Source: a virus
Taxonomy: Duplodnaviria; Caudoviricetes
DNA length: 64,000 nucleotides
IMG/VR virus record: IMGVR_UViG_3300031420_000495
Location: 32,001 to 96,000 of that record
Reading direction: 5' to 3' (one strand)
The notes beneath the pieces were generated by a model. That model did not search any database. It was not told the origin of the DNA and saw only the letters and a list, made by a program, of their open reading frames with translations. Numbering within the stretch: the stretch's first letter is position 1; the number at the start of each line of letters is the position of its first letter. The translations under genes and the position numbers were made by a program. Below are positions 37,285-47,774 of this stretch, piece by piece.

Positions 37285-40200
37285 ATGGCAAATAAGAACG
37301 CGCTGAACAAGAATAGCCTGTACGTTCAGAGTCTCGTGGATTTCATTCTCGATACGAAGCCGTATCACGTGAAGCTGACGGAGATTGTCGAAGAGTACCG
37401 ATTCTTCGACGATGTCAAGGTCAAGATTGACGAACGCTTCTCGTCGAAGATGAAGATCGATTCGACCTGGATGTACAACTATTTCTCTTCAGCAAATCCA
37501 ATGTTCAGGACGATGCCGGCTCACGCGCTGACATCTCCGACATTCCGTGCTGAAACCCGTATCGTTGGCAAGGACGAGAACACTGACCTGGCATTGGTGC
37601 CATACGTCTATTCGAAGAAAGCATTCGACGGTGTTGGTGTCAATGCTGTGTACGTGCGTCACAAGGATTTCACCGAAGCCCTGACAGAATCGGCGGACTA
37701 TTTCCAGAGTCACGGGTCATTCCAATTTCAGATCAAGCAAACGAAGAACGCGAATGGCGACCTCGATCCGCTCTGGTCCTCGACGCCCGATGATGACCTG
37801 ATTACGGAAGCCCGTCGCACGACCCGTGCCAACGCGCTGGACCGTAACAACCCGAACAGCGCGATCAACCGCATCTCAGGTTTCTTGCTGGAAATCAATG
37901 CAGCTGTCAAGTCGATTGGCGGACACGCTGACGTTCAACGAGAACTGAATGATCTTTTCGCCATCGTGAACAACAACGATCTGCCGCAGAGCTATGAAGC
38001 ACTGCTGGCTTGGTTGGCGATTCCGAATGACCGTGGTATCCTGGTTCCGCTCGATGCACCAAAGGATCGTGAATACTACGAGCAACGTTTTTCACACTAC
38101 AGTTCGCCATTGTTCTTCGGCATGTTCACCGACCTCGGTGTCCGTGAAAGCGGCCGGATCGAGTATGCGAACGGGCAAAGTGCTGGCATCCGTGTCACGA
38201 ACCTGAAAGTTACCACCGGTAAAGAAATCGAAGAGTGGACATTCGTTGGCACAGACATTCCTGGTTTGTACCGGGTCAATGGATCATCGAGCGGATTCAT
38301 CGGGTTCGTTTCGCCTGGCGATTCGTTTGATAACGGACGCGTCTCATTCAACACTTCGCCGGTTGGTGACTTTGTCCCAGGCGACACGTTGTCGATCACA
38401 CCGACTCGCAAGATCGTTATTGGCGCTGATGCACCACTGGAAACCTGGAACATCATCAAGGTCAATCCGATCGCACACGATCGTCCACAGTTTACCTCGG
38501 CTCGCTTTGGCCACATCGAAGATTTGTCCGGAAACATCGGAGGCGTATCGCTTCTCGACCCGACACTTCCAACTGGCGACATCGTTCTGACGTCGCGTGG
38601 CGATGGTATCTTCTTCGACCTGGTAAGCCTGGTCGATCCAACATACACATCAGTTGTCACCGTTGGCGAGAAGTTCAATGACGGACGTCTTGGATTCACC
38701 ATTGTCAAAGGACCAACAGATTTTCCGAAGGGCGATCGCTTCTACATTTCCATCGAGAACAATCCAGCTCGTGCAGAGAATCTGGAACTCGGCTTTGGAT
38801 ATGACTTGGACCCGTACGACGATGACACGATCACGAAGTATCCGGACGGAACGAATGTCGGATTCTACTACGACGGTCGCTTCACGGATTACGATCTTAC
38901 CTCGCTGAACCTGAAAATTGCAGAGAACGCTGTGAACGGGCGCAAGTGGCGTCTCCGCGCTCTGCCGGATTACACCCGCCCTATTTCAACGGTCCCTGGT
39001 CTACCAACCCCGGCGGAGGACCTGCGCATTTACTACGCGGCATCTTTCGCTTTGGAATGGTCCGATGACCTGACAAGTTGGAAACCAGCCGAAAAAGATT
39101 TGACCATATCTATTGGGTCATCGTATTCGTCAAGTGTTCATGGCATCAGCTTCACAATTGCAGAAGCATCGCGTCCATTCGTAGCAGTCAATGCACCGGA
39201 CGGTTCTGGTGGACCCCGCATCGAAGGTGGTGACATCTTCAGTTTCGAAGTCGTCAACCCAGCTCCTCGCCTGGTTGAAAGCCCTGTTGGTCTTTCCTCG
39301 ATTCATACGCCTCGCCTGATTATGCACAGCGATTCGTTCTTCGATGTCAAAGAAGCAACATGGACTGTTGCATTCACCGATGCCAATACGTACACTGTGA
39401 CCGGTGTCAATGGCGACACGACCTATGGACCGATCACCGGGAAGATTGCGACAGCTGGACAAGATACGCGAGAAGGTCTCAGCTTCAAGGACCTTGGTTT
39501 GCACTTCACCATCGTACCGACTGGCGGACTTGGTGCTGGCGACAAGTTTGTCTTCCACACATTCGACGAGAAGCCTTCGTATCTGGTGCACGGTTCCGTA
39601 ACAGGATTCACTGAGCCAGCTACTGTTGGAAAGTATTACTGGAATGGCAAGATCGGTTTCAAGATTCGTGCTCCGTACATCACGACCTACGTTGGTGGCC
39701 AGGAAGTTCGCGTTGCATACGGTCAATACAAAGTTCGTGAGGATTGTCCATCGCTCATTTACCGGTTCGTGAAGAACGCAACCGGATACCAGATCACGCG
39801 TTCTGATACTGGAGAAAGCGGATTCGGTTCTGCGACGGTTCCGTACCAGGACAAATACCTGACGATCGATCTGGCCGGCGTCACCGTGCCTGAGTTCCTG
39901 CTGACAGTCGATGCACACGACTATCCACTGTGGAACACGGCCGACGTTGTCATCATCAACCCGAAACTCCGTTCGCGACTCCCTGCGAATGGTGAAGCTG
40001 TCGTCATCGAGAAGACGGAAGAGGGTCGATTCAGCCTGAACCTGGTTCCAGGCACCGCAAATGTTTCGGCTCTGAATCCTGTTACGATTGACCAACGTTT
40101 CATTGATACAAATACGCGCGGTGAGAAACGTGTTCCGCTGGCGCAAACCAGCCCAGAGACCGCTGTGCTCCAGGGTTGGGTGCCACTCACCACGACCAGG

Positions 40201-41355
40201 ATGGACAGCACAACTTCAGTTGCTGAGTTCTCGGATTCGGCGACGAGTTTTGTATTCAAGGCATCATCCAACAATCAAACTGTCGGCACACTGAAGAACA
40301 ATGTCTTCGAGTGGGACCCTACGTTCTACGGCCAATATCTCCCGCTGAACGCGGAAGCGAACCTGATGATTCAGGGAACTGGCTGGAACGATCGCGTCTC
40401 GGCCCGCATCACAGAGTCGATCAAGTTCCTGCTCGGTGGGGGACCGCTGACAGAAGACTGGATGTTCCATGACGACATTCACGTGACGATCGACGAATAC
40501 AACAAGATCGACACGAAGCTGCTGTTCACGAAAGAATACTACGACAAAGCGAAGATCATCACCCGCGATTCGAAAGGTCGACCACTGACACTCGGTGGCA
40601 TGTCGCCAACTACAAGCGATGGTGACTCGATCAACGTCAATATCGAGGACGGTCCGTTCGGTGGATTTCTGACGGGTTACGACAACGTGCCTTACGATAC
40701 CGAGGGCTATGATACCAGTCAGCCGCCTGATCTTCAGTCGATGTTGTCAAAATACAGCATGACAGATGTTGAACGTGCAGACATCATTGGACAGTGGAAC
40801 AACTATCTTGAATCGCCTACGATTCCAACGACCGAGGCACAGTGGGCTTTCCTCCGTGCAGCTATTGCCGGTGACCCGAATCCTGGATTTGTAACAAACG
40901 ATTTCGGTTTCCCGAACGTTGGTATGGGTATGGACATCGTGACCAACCCAGAAAATGCTGCGTCGGCAAGTATCGTTGAAGCCATGACCGTGCGGGCTGT
41001 TGGCAAAGGCAATGCGTTGGAAGTGAACAACTTCGACATCGGACTTCTGGATCAACTCGACGAAAACACCGTCATCATGTATTCTGGCTCGATGCCGCCA
41101 TTGCCGACAACGATTCCTGCTGGAACTACGTATGACAATCTGGAAACACCTTTGGTTGTCGACGAACCTGCACTAGTATTTGAAATCTCGTTCAATGCAC
41201 CGGCTTCTGTCCTGGCAACATTCTCGCCGAAGTTCTCGATCTGGTTCCCAGGCGCGACGAGTGCTGTCCAGGTCGCGGTTGTTGAGCTTGTGAAACCTGG
41301 CGTTTATCGATTCAGTCTCGCTCGTCCGTCGAAACTGAAGATTACTGTAGGTTGA
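37285..41355 (+). CDS. Large (1356 aa) virion structural protein
   Basis: KPYHVKL N-terminus and repeated W...F.V.GS..G....VG...NG...F......F..GD.F modules. Confidence 0.8.
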   Translation: MANKNALNKNSLYVQSLVDFILDTKPYHVKLTEIVEEYRFFDDVKVKIDERFSSKMKIDSTWMYNYFSSANPMFRTMPAHALTSPTFRAETRIVGKDENTDLALVPYVYSKKAFDGVGVNAVYVRHKDFTEALTESADYFQSHGSFQFQIKQTKNANGDLDPLWSSTPDDDLITEARRTTRANALDRNNPNSAINRISGFLLEINAAVKSIGGHADVQRELNDLFAIVNNNDLPQSYEALLAWLAIPNDRGILVPLDAPKDREYYEQRFSHYSSPLFFGMFTDLGVRESGRIEYANGQSAGIRVTNLKVTTGKEIEEWTFVGTDIPGLYRVNGSSSGFIGFVSPGDSFDNGRVSFNTSPVGDFVPGDTLSITPTRKIVIGADAPLETWNIIKVNPIAHDRPQFTSARFGHIEDLSGNIGGVSLLDPTLPTGDIVLTSRGDGIFFDLVSLVDPTYTSVVTVGEKFNDGRLGFTIVKGPTDFPKGDRFYISIENNPARAENLELGFGYDLDPYDDDTITKYPDGTNVGFYYDGRFTDYDLTSLNLKIAENAVNGRKWRLRALPDYTRPISTVPGLPTPAEDLRIYYAASFALEWSDDLTSWKPAEKDLTISIGSSYSSSVHGISFTIAEASRPFVAVNAPDGSGGPRIEGGDIFSFEVVNPAPRLVESPVGLSSIHTPRLIMHSDSFFDVKEATWTVAFTDANTYTVTGVNGDTTYGPITGKIATAGQDTREGLSFKDLGLHFTIVPTGGLGAGDKFVFHTFDEKPSYLVHGSVTGFTEPATVGKYYWNGKIGFKIRAPYITTYVGGQEVRVAYGQYKVREDCPSLIYRFVKNATGYQITRSDTGESGFGSATVPYQDKYLTIDLAGVTVPEFLLTVDAHDYPLWNTADVVIINPKLRSRLPANGEAVVIEKTEEGRFSLNLVPGTANVSALNPVTIDQRFIDTNTRGEKRVPLAQTSPETAVLQGWVPLTTTRMDSTTSVAEFSDSATSFVFKASSNNQTVGTLKNNVFEWDPTFYGQYLPLNAEANLMIQGTGWNDRVSARITESIKFLLGGGPLTEDWMFHDDIHVTIDEYNKIDTKLLFTKEYYDKAKIITRDSKGRPLTLGGMSPTTSDGDSINVNIEDGPFGGFLTGYDNVPYDTEGYDTSQPPDLQSMLSKYSMTDVERADIIGQWNNYLESPTIPTTEAQWAFLRAAIAGDPNPGFVTNDFGFPNVGMGMDIVTNPENAASASIVEAMTVRAVGKGNALEVNNFDIGLLDQLDENTVIMYSGSMPPLPTTIPAGTTYDNLETPLVVDEPALVFEISFNAPASVLATFSPKFSIWFPGATSAVQVAVVELVKPGVYRFSLARPSKLKITVG

Positions 41356-41362
41356 GGATTAC

Positions 41363-41370
41363 GATAAATA
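41363..41370 (+). promoter_or_regulatory. Late promoter GATAAATA
   Basis: Upstream of ATG 41403. Confidence 0.7.
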
Positions 41371-41402
41371 GTCCGAAACAACTCCATACAACAAGGAATA
41401 AA

Positions 41403-42035
41403 ATGCAAGAAGCACTTAAGACTACAGTTACTGGACACGTCCTTATCAAAGATGACCTCGGTAATGTGCTTGTTGATAAGCAAAACGCGATCCACCCGAA
41501 GAACATGGCGACCGCCATTGCTCGCGGGTTGTCGAATACTGTCAACTACCAAATCTACAAACTGAAGCTCGGCAACCAGGGTACGTACATTGACAGCTCC
41601 CAGCAGATCGTGTTTCGTCCGCCAAACGTTTCTGGCGACACTGCTGACCTGTACAACCCAACGTATGTTGAAGTTGTTGACGATAGCGACGCATCTGTTG
41701 GCGGCGGTAACTCCGTCACGTTCACGAACATTCCTGCCTCGACACAAACCCGCGTGATTATCACCGCGGTTGTCTCGGCAAATGAAGCTGTGAATCGTCC
41801 AACCGACGAAGCAGATTCAGCTACGCCTACAGCTGATCCAACAACTGACGCAAGTTTGAATCCTGACAGCCAATTCTTCTTCGATGAACTCGGCCTGTTC
41901 ACGAAAGAAACTTCTGGCGTGATGCTTGATGGCGCTGGTGAACTGATGTTGTCTCACCTTATTTTCTCCCCGATTGAGCACACTGGTTCCCGCGAGCTGA
42001 CGATTGTTTACTCACTGACAATCTCTGTAAGCTGA
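41403..42035 (+). CDS. Conserved virion structural protein (baseplate/fibre junction)
   Basis: GHVLIKD...K.NAIH..NM...FDELGL....LIF.PIE......I.Y.LTI; SD AAGGA. Confidence 0.7.
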   Translation: MQEALKTTVTGHVLIKDDLGNVLVDKQNAIHPKNMATAIARGLSNTVNYQIYKLKLGNQGTYIDSSQQIVFRPPNVSGDTADLYNPTYVEVVDDSDASVGGGNSVTFTNIPASTQTRVIITAVVSANEAVNRPTDEADSATPTADPTTDASLNPDSQFFFDELGLFTKETSGVMLDGAGELMLSHLIFSPIEHTGSRELTIVYSLTISVS

Positions 42036-42061
42036 TTGTTGTCATTTGTTGAAGGGCAACA

Positions 42062-43693
42062 ATGCGTTTAACTTTTCGCCAGGGTATAGCTAGATACCAG
42101 ACTGACGTCTATGCGACACCCTCGTTTCTGCAAAAGAACGGGGAGTTCATCGATCTGATCGTCAGCCCCGATCCGACAGTTATCGTCTTCGCACACAAGG
42201 CGGCAACATATGTCATCGAAGAGAACAAGACAGTTCTGAAAGCGTGGGGTCCATTTACTGGAAACGCTACGCGTTATCTCTATTGGGACATCAATCTTTT
42301 GGACGGCTCGCTCACGCGTGGTTACACCGTGTTCGCCCCGATCTATTCAACAAATGAACCGACGAATCCAGGTAACGACCAGCACTGGTACGATAAAACA
42401 AATCACCAGATGAAAGTCTGGAGCAATGGACGTTGGAATGATAAACTCCGCGTCTTCGCTGCAGTCTATTCATCGCAGGCAGTTCTTCAGCCACAACCAC
42501 TCGGAAGCCAGGCAGGAGAGAACGGCACGTTCGAGGGCGGCAATCTTGTCCGCGACTCCTACAACAAACCGCTGCGCCAATCTGACGGAACATTCGTCAC
42601 TTCGGCCACAAATCTTTCTGTCGTCAATGCAGCCGCAAATACGGTTACGCTAGAAGCAGAAGTCGTTACGGCAATGGCGAAAGAAAACATTCCGAAATTC
42701 AGCTTCGTCCAGGTCGATCAGAACAAACTCGTTCGCCTCGCCAGGAGCGATGACTGGCGCACACGCATTGTTGGTATCACACCCGAAGACATGTACATCT
42801 CGGAAGTTGGCAAACTTGTAACGACTGGTTTAGTCCGCAATGAACAGTGGAACTGGGCTGTTGAGGATGCAGGACGCCCTGTATTTTCCGGGGTGACCGG
42901 TGAAGTTACATTGTTGCCACCATCGCATGGTGTTCTGCAAATTGCTGGATACGTTTACGATCGTTCAAGCATCTTTGTCAATATTCATCCTGTAACGATC
43001 CTCGACGATATTCGCACCCGCGTTCAGAATCTTCCTGTAGGTCCTACTGGTACATCACCAGTTGCAGACTTCACGATGACGCCTGAGTCTGGTGTTGCGC
43101 CTCTGTTTGTGCAATTCAAGAATGCTTCGCTCCATGCACCAATTCAATGGTCATGGGACTTTGGCAACGGTCGCATTGAATCGACCGAGTCTGAACCGGG
43201 TTATACCTTCAAGGAACCTGGTACATACGCTGTGACGCTGAAGGCATCAAACCAGTTCGGCTCCACAACCAAAACAAAAACTATCACAGTCGAAGCTGCA
43301 GATCGCGGCATTGATACAAACATCAATATTCAGTTGAGTGGTCCGCTTCAGGTCAATGTGTCCGAAGTCTTCCCAGTCCAGATTATTGTTTCGAACGCTG
43401 CTTTGAAAGCCGCTACAAATGTGCGTCGTGTCATCACGATTGATGACGTAGACAACAATCATGTTGAAATTACAGCTATGCCAGCAAACACTGTTGTCAC
43501 ATATCTGGGCAACACGACAATCTTGACATTGCCGACGATGTCTCTGGCATCTCGACAAAACGTTACGGTTGCATTCTCGATTAAGGCGCCAAAGAAATCA
43601 AGCGTTATCAATATCCGTGCAGCAGTTATCAGCGCAGAGCGTGACAGCTCGCTGAGCGATAACGCCACAGCTTTGTCGATTAGGGTGAAATGA
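42062..43693 (+). CDS. Structural protein with PKD (Ig-like) and DUF11/CARDB-like domains
   Basis: PVADF..P.SG.APL.V.F.N.S......W.WDFG.G..S....P..T...PG.Y.V.L...N..G (PKD); C-terminal D....DN.....V. Confidence 0.8.
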   Translation: MRLTFRQGIARYQTDVYATPSFLQKNGEFIDLIVSPDPTVIVFAHKAATYVIEENKTVLKAWGPFTGNATRYLYWDINLLDGSLTRGYTVFAPIYSTNEPTNPGNDQHWYDKTNHQMKVWSNGRWNDKLRVFAAVYSSQAVLQPQPLGSQAGENGTFEGGNLVRDSYNKPLRQSDGTFVTSATNLSVVNAAANTVTLEAEVVTAMAKENIPKFSFVQVDQNKLVRLARSDDWRTRIVGITPEDMYISEVGKLVTTGLVRNEQWNWAVEDAGRPVFSGVTGEVTLLPPSHGVLQIAGYVYDRSSIFVNIHPVTILDDIRTRVQNLPVGPTGTSPVADFTMTPESGVAPLFVQFKNASLHAPIQWSWDFGNGRIESTESEPGYTFKEPGTYAVTLKASNQFGSTTKTKTITVEAADRGIDTNINIQLSGPLQVNVSEVFPVQIIVSNAALKAATNVRRVITIDDVDNNHVEITAMPANTVVTYLGNTTILTLPTMSLASRQNVTVAFSIKAPKKSSVINIRAAVISAERDSSLSDNATALSIRVK

Positions 43694-44685
43694 TGGCAAC
43701 AACTATCCCAAATGAATCGCTGAAGCTAATCTATCTCGTACAGGAACTCGGCGAATATGCCGTAGTTCCGAATGGCGCGATTGTAAACATTGGTGGCGTA
43801 ACGGGTCCTGCGTTTACGGTTGGTGGTGTACCTGTCATGCTGGCCGATGGAACAACATCGGACGGCGGAAGCAGTTCCGCACTGAAGCAAGACTTCCAGA
43901 ACGTTTATCTGACATCTGTCGGCGAAGCCTTCATTGACTTCACGTCAGGCAAAGACTTTGTTCTTCAAGCTGTCAACAAGAAACAGTTCCGCTTTGATGC
44001 TGATACTGGTGACGTAACGATCAGCGGTAATCTGATCGTCCAAGGCAATACGTCAACAGTTGTCCACGCATCGGTTGAAACCGACCGTGTTGCGATCATT
44101 CAAAGCGCAGGCAACTACGTTCCATTCACAATGGAACCGTTGGGCGGCGTCACACCGACTGTTAACGTCGTCGACATCAAAGTTGCGCGCGGCGGCGCAT
44201 CAGTATTCTCGATCGGACCAACCGGCGAGACGTACATCAGCTCGCTGAACACAGGTCTTATCAATGGCATCGACATCGTCGCACTCGCTGATGAACTCAA
44301 TCAGCACGTCAATGGAACTGGCATCAAGCACGATGCAAGCGAAATTTCTTTCGATGACAGTGAACTCGATCCAATTGTCGGTGACACAGTTCAACAGGCA
44401 CTGGCAAGCGTTGCACAAGTTGTCAATACGCTTACCGCACGAGACGTTGGTGACGTTCGCGGTTTCGAACACAACCAACTCCAACCTTCTGCAACCTGGG
44501 TAATTTCCCACAACCAAACAACCAAACGCGTCCACATGACAATTTGGGATGAATCCGATGAACAACTTCTTCCTGATTCCGTTACTATTTTCGATGCAAA
44601 TACTGTTGTCGTTCGTTTTGGCACTCCAATCGTTGGGCGTGCTATCTTGATGATGTTCGGCGCAAATGAGATGCAACCAGCGTAA
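43690..44685 (+). CDS. Tail fibre-type structural protein
   Basis: G.VTISGNLIVQGNTSTV, H.ASEI.F and a C-terminal H.Q..PSATW.I.HN domain. Confidence 0.65.
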   Translation: MMATTIPNESLKLIYLVQELGEYAVVPNGAIVNIGGVTGPAFTVGGVPVMLADGTTSDGGSSSALKQDFQNVYLTSVGEAFIDFTSGKDFVLQAVNKKQFRFDADTGDVTISGNLIVQGNTSTVVHASVETDRVAIIQSAGNYVPFTMEPLGGVTPTVNVVDIKVARGGASVFSIGPTGETYISSLNTGLINGIDIVALADELNQHVNGTGIKHDASEISFDDSELDPIVGDTVQQALASVAQVVNTLTARDVGDVRGFEHNQLQPSATWVISHNQTTKRVHMTIWDESDEQLLPDSVTIFDANTVVVRFGTPIVGRAILMMFGANEMQPA

Positions 44686-44718
44686 GACCTCAAATTGTTA
44701 CAGGATTTTAGGGTACTC

Positions 44719-44726
44719 CATAAATA
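44719..44726 (+). promoter_or_regulatory. Late promoter CATAAATA
   Basis: Upstream of ATG 44756. Confidence 0.7.
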
Positions 44727-44755
44727 GACTCGAATACCAATCAGTGAGACACAAA

Positions 44756-44980
44756 ATGAAACACATTGAAACTAGCGACATCGTACTGGCTGCTTCCTTG
44801 AAAGTCAAGGGCTATAAGCTCGACCGTATCGAGAAGCAAGGCAATCGTGGCATTTTCTGCTTCGCTGATGTCGATGAATCGGTTCTGAACGAATTTGACC
44901 TCGGGAAGAGTCTGGTCGAACCAGTATCATTCAACAATGCCATCAAGGCGTTGACGACGGCCACCCGTCGAATCATCTAA
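44756..44980 (+). CDS. DUF5659-like small protein
   Basis: ETSDIVLAASL...GY.L..IE..GNR..F.F...VEP..F...IK.L. Confidence 0.6.
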   Translation: MKHIETSDIVLAASLKVKGYKLDRIEKQGNRGIFCFADVDESVLNEFDLGKSLVEPVSFNNAIKALTTATRRII

Positions 44981-45008
44981 ACCATAAAACGTCCAGGAGA
45001 CATTACCC

Positions 45009-47063
45009 ATGAAAATCAATGGTAGCTTAGTATTTGACGGCTCATCAGCGTCCGAGATTCAGAATCTTCGACTGCAGAAAGTCACTGCCCTTCCAGGCAT
45101 TACCGCAGGCGACGTTGGTCGTCTGATTTACAACAGCAACACAAACATCATCCACGTCGGTACCAACGTAGGCAACGTCCTGTCGTGGGTTCCACTGGCA
45201 ACTGGTGGTGACGCATCCGCGCTGCTCGCTGAAGTTGATCGCATCGAAACCTCGCTCGGTCTTGGCCCTGACGGTTCGTTCGATTCCGGCGCTTTCCATG
45301 AGAACTTCGCTGACGCGACGTCTTATGTTGCGCTCATCAATATGCTTCGCGATATGGCAGAAGCCGCTACGACAGCTGCCACAGCTGAAGCTGCTCGTGC
45401 AACCGCAGCTGAAGGTGCACTGGGTACTCGCGTTGACGGTGTAGCTGCTGATCTGGCAACTGAAACCACTCGTGCAACTGGTGCTGAAACCGCACTGGGT
45501 GGACGTATCGATACCGCGACAGCGGCAATCACATCAGAAACAACTCGTGCAACTGGCGCAGAAGGTGCACTCGGAACCCGCATCGACGGTGTAACTGCCG
45601 CTGCTGCGACTGAACGCACACGTGTTGATACAGCAATTGCTGATGAAACAGCTCGCGCAACCGCAGCTGAAGGCGCAAATGGTACTGCGATTGCAGGTGA
45701 AATCACTCGTGCAACTAATGCTGAAACGGCACTCGGCGATCGTATCGACACAGAAACCGATGCTCGCGAAGCAGACGTCGCAGCACTTGACGGACGTATC
45801 TCGACCGAAGTTGCTGATCGTACCGCGGCTGACGCAGATGCCGCTGCCGCGCTCGCATCTGAAGTTGGGCGTGCAACTGGTGCTGAAACGGCACTCGGTG
45901 CTCGTATCGACACAGAAGCAACTGATCGCGCAACCGCAATCAGCAACCTCCGCACCGAAATCGGTTCGACCATTGCTGGTCTGACCTGGGAAGCACCAGT
46001 TGACTTGATCGCTGCTGATGTTGGTACTGTCGACTTGACTGGTTTGGCAAATGGATACCGCATCGTCGATCTGGCAACCATGGCAATCCGTACGGTAACT
46101 GGAGGCGCACTTGGTGCTCCAGAACCACTGGTTGATGGCGCAGCATTCTTCAATCGCACCAATGACACTGGTTACGTCTTTAACGGTACCGCAGTAGTTC
46201 CATTCTCGGGCGCATCATCGTTCGTAGCCGGTAACGGTCTGGTAATGACCGGTAACCGCGTCGACGTAGTTTCGGCATCGGGTACTATCACTGTTACCGA
46301 AGACAGCGTAGACGTTGCTCAGTCTGTCCTGACTTCGATCAGCGACAACGCTGCAGCAGTTGCAGCAGAGACAAGTCGCGCAACCACCGCTGAAACTGGT
46401 CTTGGCCAGCGTATCACCGACGAAACCGCGGCTCGCGTAGCTGCGCTGGAAGCTGAAGCAACCGCGCGTACAAACGCAATCACTACTGAAACGACCCGTG
46501 CAACTGGCGTAGAAGGCGCACTGCGTACTGACGTCGATGCAGCAACCGCAGCAGTCGCGACCGAAGTAACCAACCGTACTGCAGCCGTTAACGGCGAACG
46601 CGACCGTGCAACCGCAGCTGAAGGCGCACTCGGAACCCGCATCACCAATGAAGTTGGTACTGCAGCAACCAATGCAGCAAACGAGCTTGCTCGCGTTGAA
46701 GGCCTGGTCACCACAGAAGTTGGACGTGCAACCGGTATCGAAGGTACGCTCCGCACTGACCTCGATGCGCTGAGCAGCACTGTTGATGCAAACGCAAGCG
46801 CAGTCTTTGACCGCGTCAGCAAGATGTACTATCTGTACGACTCGCGTGGCGGTACTCAAGGCGATGCTGGTTCGAAAACAACTCACGTTGTTACCCACAA
46901 CATCGGCTGCATGTTCTGTAACGTCACTGTCATCGACGACACCAACAACGTCGTTATTCCAGAATCGATCGTCTTCGATTCGAATGACCAGCTGACGATT
47001 ACCTTCAACACACGAATCTACTGCAAGGCCGTTATCATGGGTCTTGAACCACCAGCAGGTTGA
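45009..47063 (+). CDS. Coiled-coil tail fibre/whisker with E.TRAT.AE.ALG.RID repeats
   Basis: Two repeat blocks flank a central W..PV...AG.GL...GN.. module; SD GGAG. Confidence 0.8.
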   Translation: MKINGSLVFDGSSASEIQNLRLQKVTALPGITAGDVGRLIYNSNTNIIHVGTNVGNVLSWVPLATGGDASALLAEVDRIETSLGLGPDGSFDSGAFHENFADATSYVALINMLRDMAEAATTAATAEAARATAAEGALGTRVDGVAADLATETTRATGAETALGGRIDTATAAITSETTRATGAEGALGTRIDGVTAAAATERTRVDTAIADETARATAAEGANGTAIAGEITRATNAETALGDRIDTETDAREADVAALDGRISTEVADRTAADADAAAALASEVGRATGAETALGARIDTEATDRATAISNLRTEIGSTIAGLTWEAPVDLIAADVGTVDLTGLANGYRIVDLATMAIRTVTGGALGAPEPLVDGAAFFNRTNDTGYVFNGTAVVPFSGASSFVAGNGLVMTGNRVDVVSASGTITVTEDSVDVAQSVLTSISDNAAAVAAETSRATTAETGLGQRITDETAARVAALEAEATARTNAITTETTRATGVEGALRTDVDAATAAVATEVTNRTAAVNGERDRATAAEGALGTRITNEVGTAATNAANELARVEGLVTTEVGRATGIEGTLRTDLDALSSTVDANASAVFDRVSKMYYLYDSRGGTQGDAGSKTTHVVTHNIGCMFCNVTVIDDTNNVVIPESIVFDSNDQLTITFNTRIYCKAVIMGLEPPAG
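45365..46780 (+). repeat. Coding tandem repeats (18-aa unit with 7- and 11-aa linkers), two blocks
   Basis: Repeated gaaacYactcgtgcaactggYgcWgaa...gcactSgg...cgYatcga; boundaries approximate. Confidence 0.8.
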
Positions 47064-47088
47064 TTGACTGAAGTAAGCTAAAAGCTAG

Positions 47089-47124
47089 AGGGTCGGCAAA
47101 TGAATTTGTCGGCCCTTTTTTATT
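47089..47124 (+). terminator. Rho-independent terminator
   Basis: AGGGTCGGCAAA-tgaa-TTTGTCGGCCCT followed by TTTTTTATT. Confidence 0.85.
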
Positions 47125-47128
47125 AGTT

Positions 47129-47136
47129 GATAAATA
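47129..47136 (+). promoter_or_regulatory. Late promoter GATAAATA directly after the terminator
   Basis: Upstream of ATG 47170. Confidence 0.7.
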
Positions 47137-47169
47137 CCTAACGCAATCACGCACACAAAGGAACATAAC

Positions 47170-47772
47170 ATGAAGTTCTACGGCAATGCAAATCTCCAGC
47201 AGAACGAATTGCAGCAGGCAGTCATCCAAATCGAAGAAGCGTTCCCACGCAATCCGAATGTTGGCCGACTTGCATTTGTAAATCGAATTCTCTATATCTG
47301 CGTAAGCGTCACCAATGGTCTCCCTGTCTGGGTTCCGTTGACACGTGAGCTTACACTTTACACCCACACCCAAGACGTCGCTGCAGATGTTTGGACTATC
47401 GATCACGGACTGAATACCACTGGTGTTCAAGTGCAAGTGTTTGACAACCAAGGTCGTGTAATCATCCCTGACGAAATCACCGTGGTCGACAACAACACCG
47501 TCACCATTGAAGTTTCTTCGCCAATGGTTGGTCGTGCGACGGTTCTTAGCGGTCACAACGACGGATCAGTGAAGCCGACGTACGCTTACACACACTATCA
47601 AAGCACCCCGGCAGCTACGTGGATCGTCAACCACAATCTGGGTTACAACCCAATCGTTCGCGTCTTCATCGGCAACAACGAAGTTCAGCCGCTGGGAATC
47701 GAACATACGTCGAACACGTCACTCACAATCACGTTCTCTCAGCCGTACGTTGGTCTTGCGAAGTTGGTGTAA
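47170..47772 (+). CDS. Fibre-associated protein with two H.Q...W.I.H.L domains
   Basis: YTHTQDVAADVWTIDHGLN and YTHYQSTPAATWIVNHNLG; SD AAGGA. Confidence 0.75.
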   Translation: MKFYGNANLQQNELQQAVIQIEEAFPRNPNVGRLAFVNRILYICVSVTNGLPVWVPLTRELTLYTHTQDVAADVWTIDHGLNTTGVQVQVFDNQGRVIIPDEITVVDNNTVTIEVSSPMVGRATVLSGHNDGSVKPTYAYTHYQSTPAATWIVNHNLGYNPIVRVFIGNNEVQPLGIEHTSNTSLTITFSQPYVGLAKLV

Positions 47773-47774
47773 TC

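Noticed and set aside
45365-46780. Regularly spaced DNA repeats as a possible CRISPR array
   Set aside because: They are degenerate at third codon positions, in frame within a fibre gene, and have no unique spacers.
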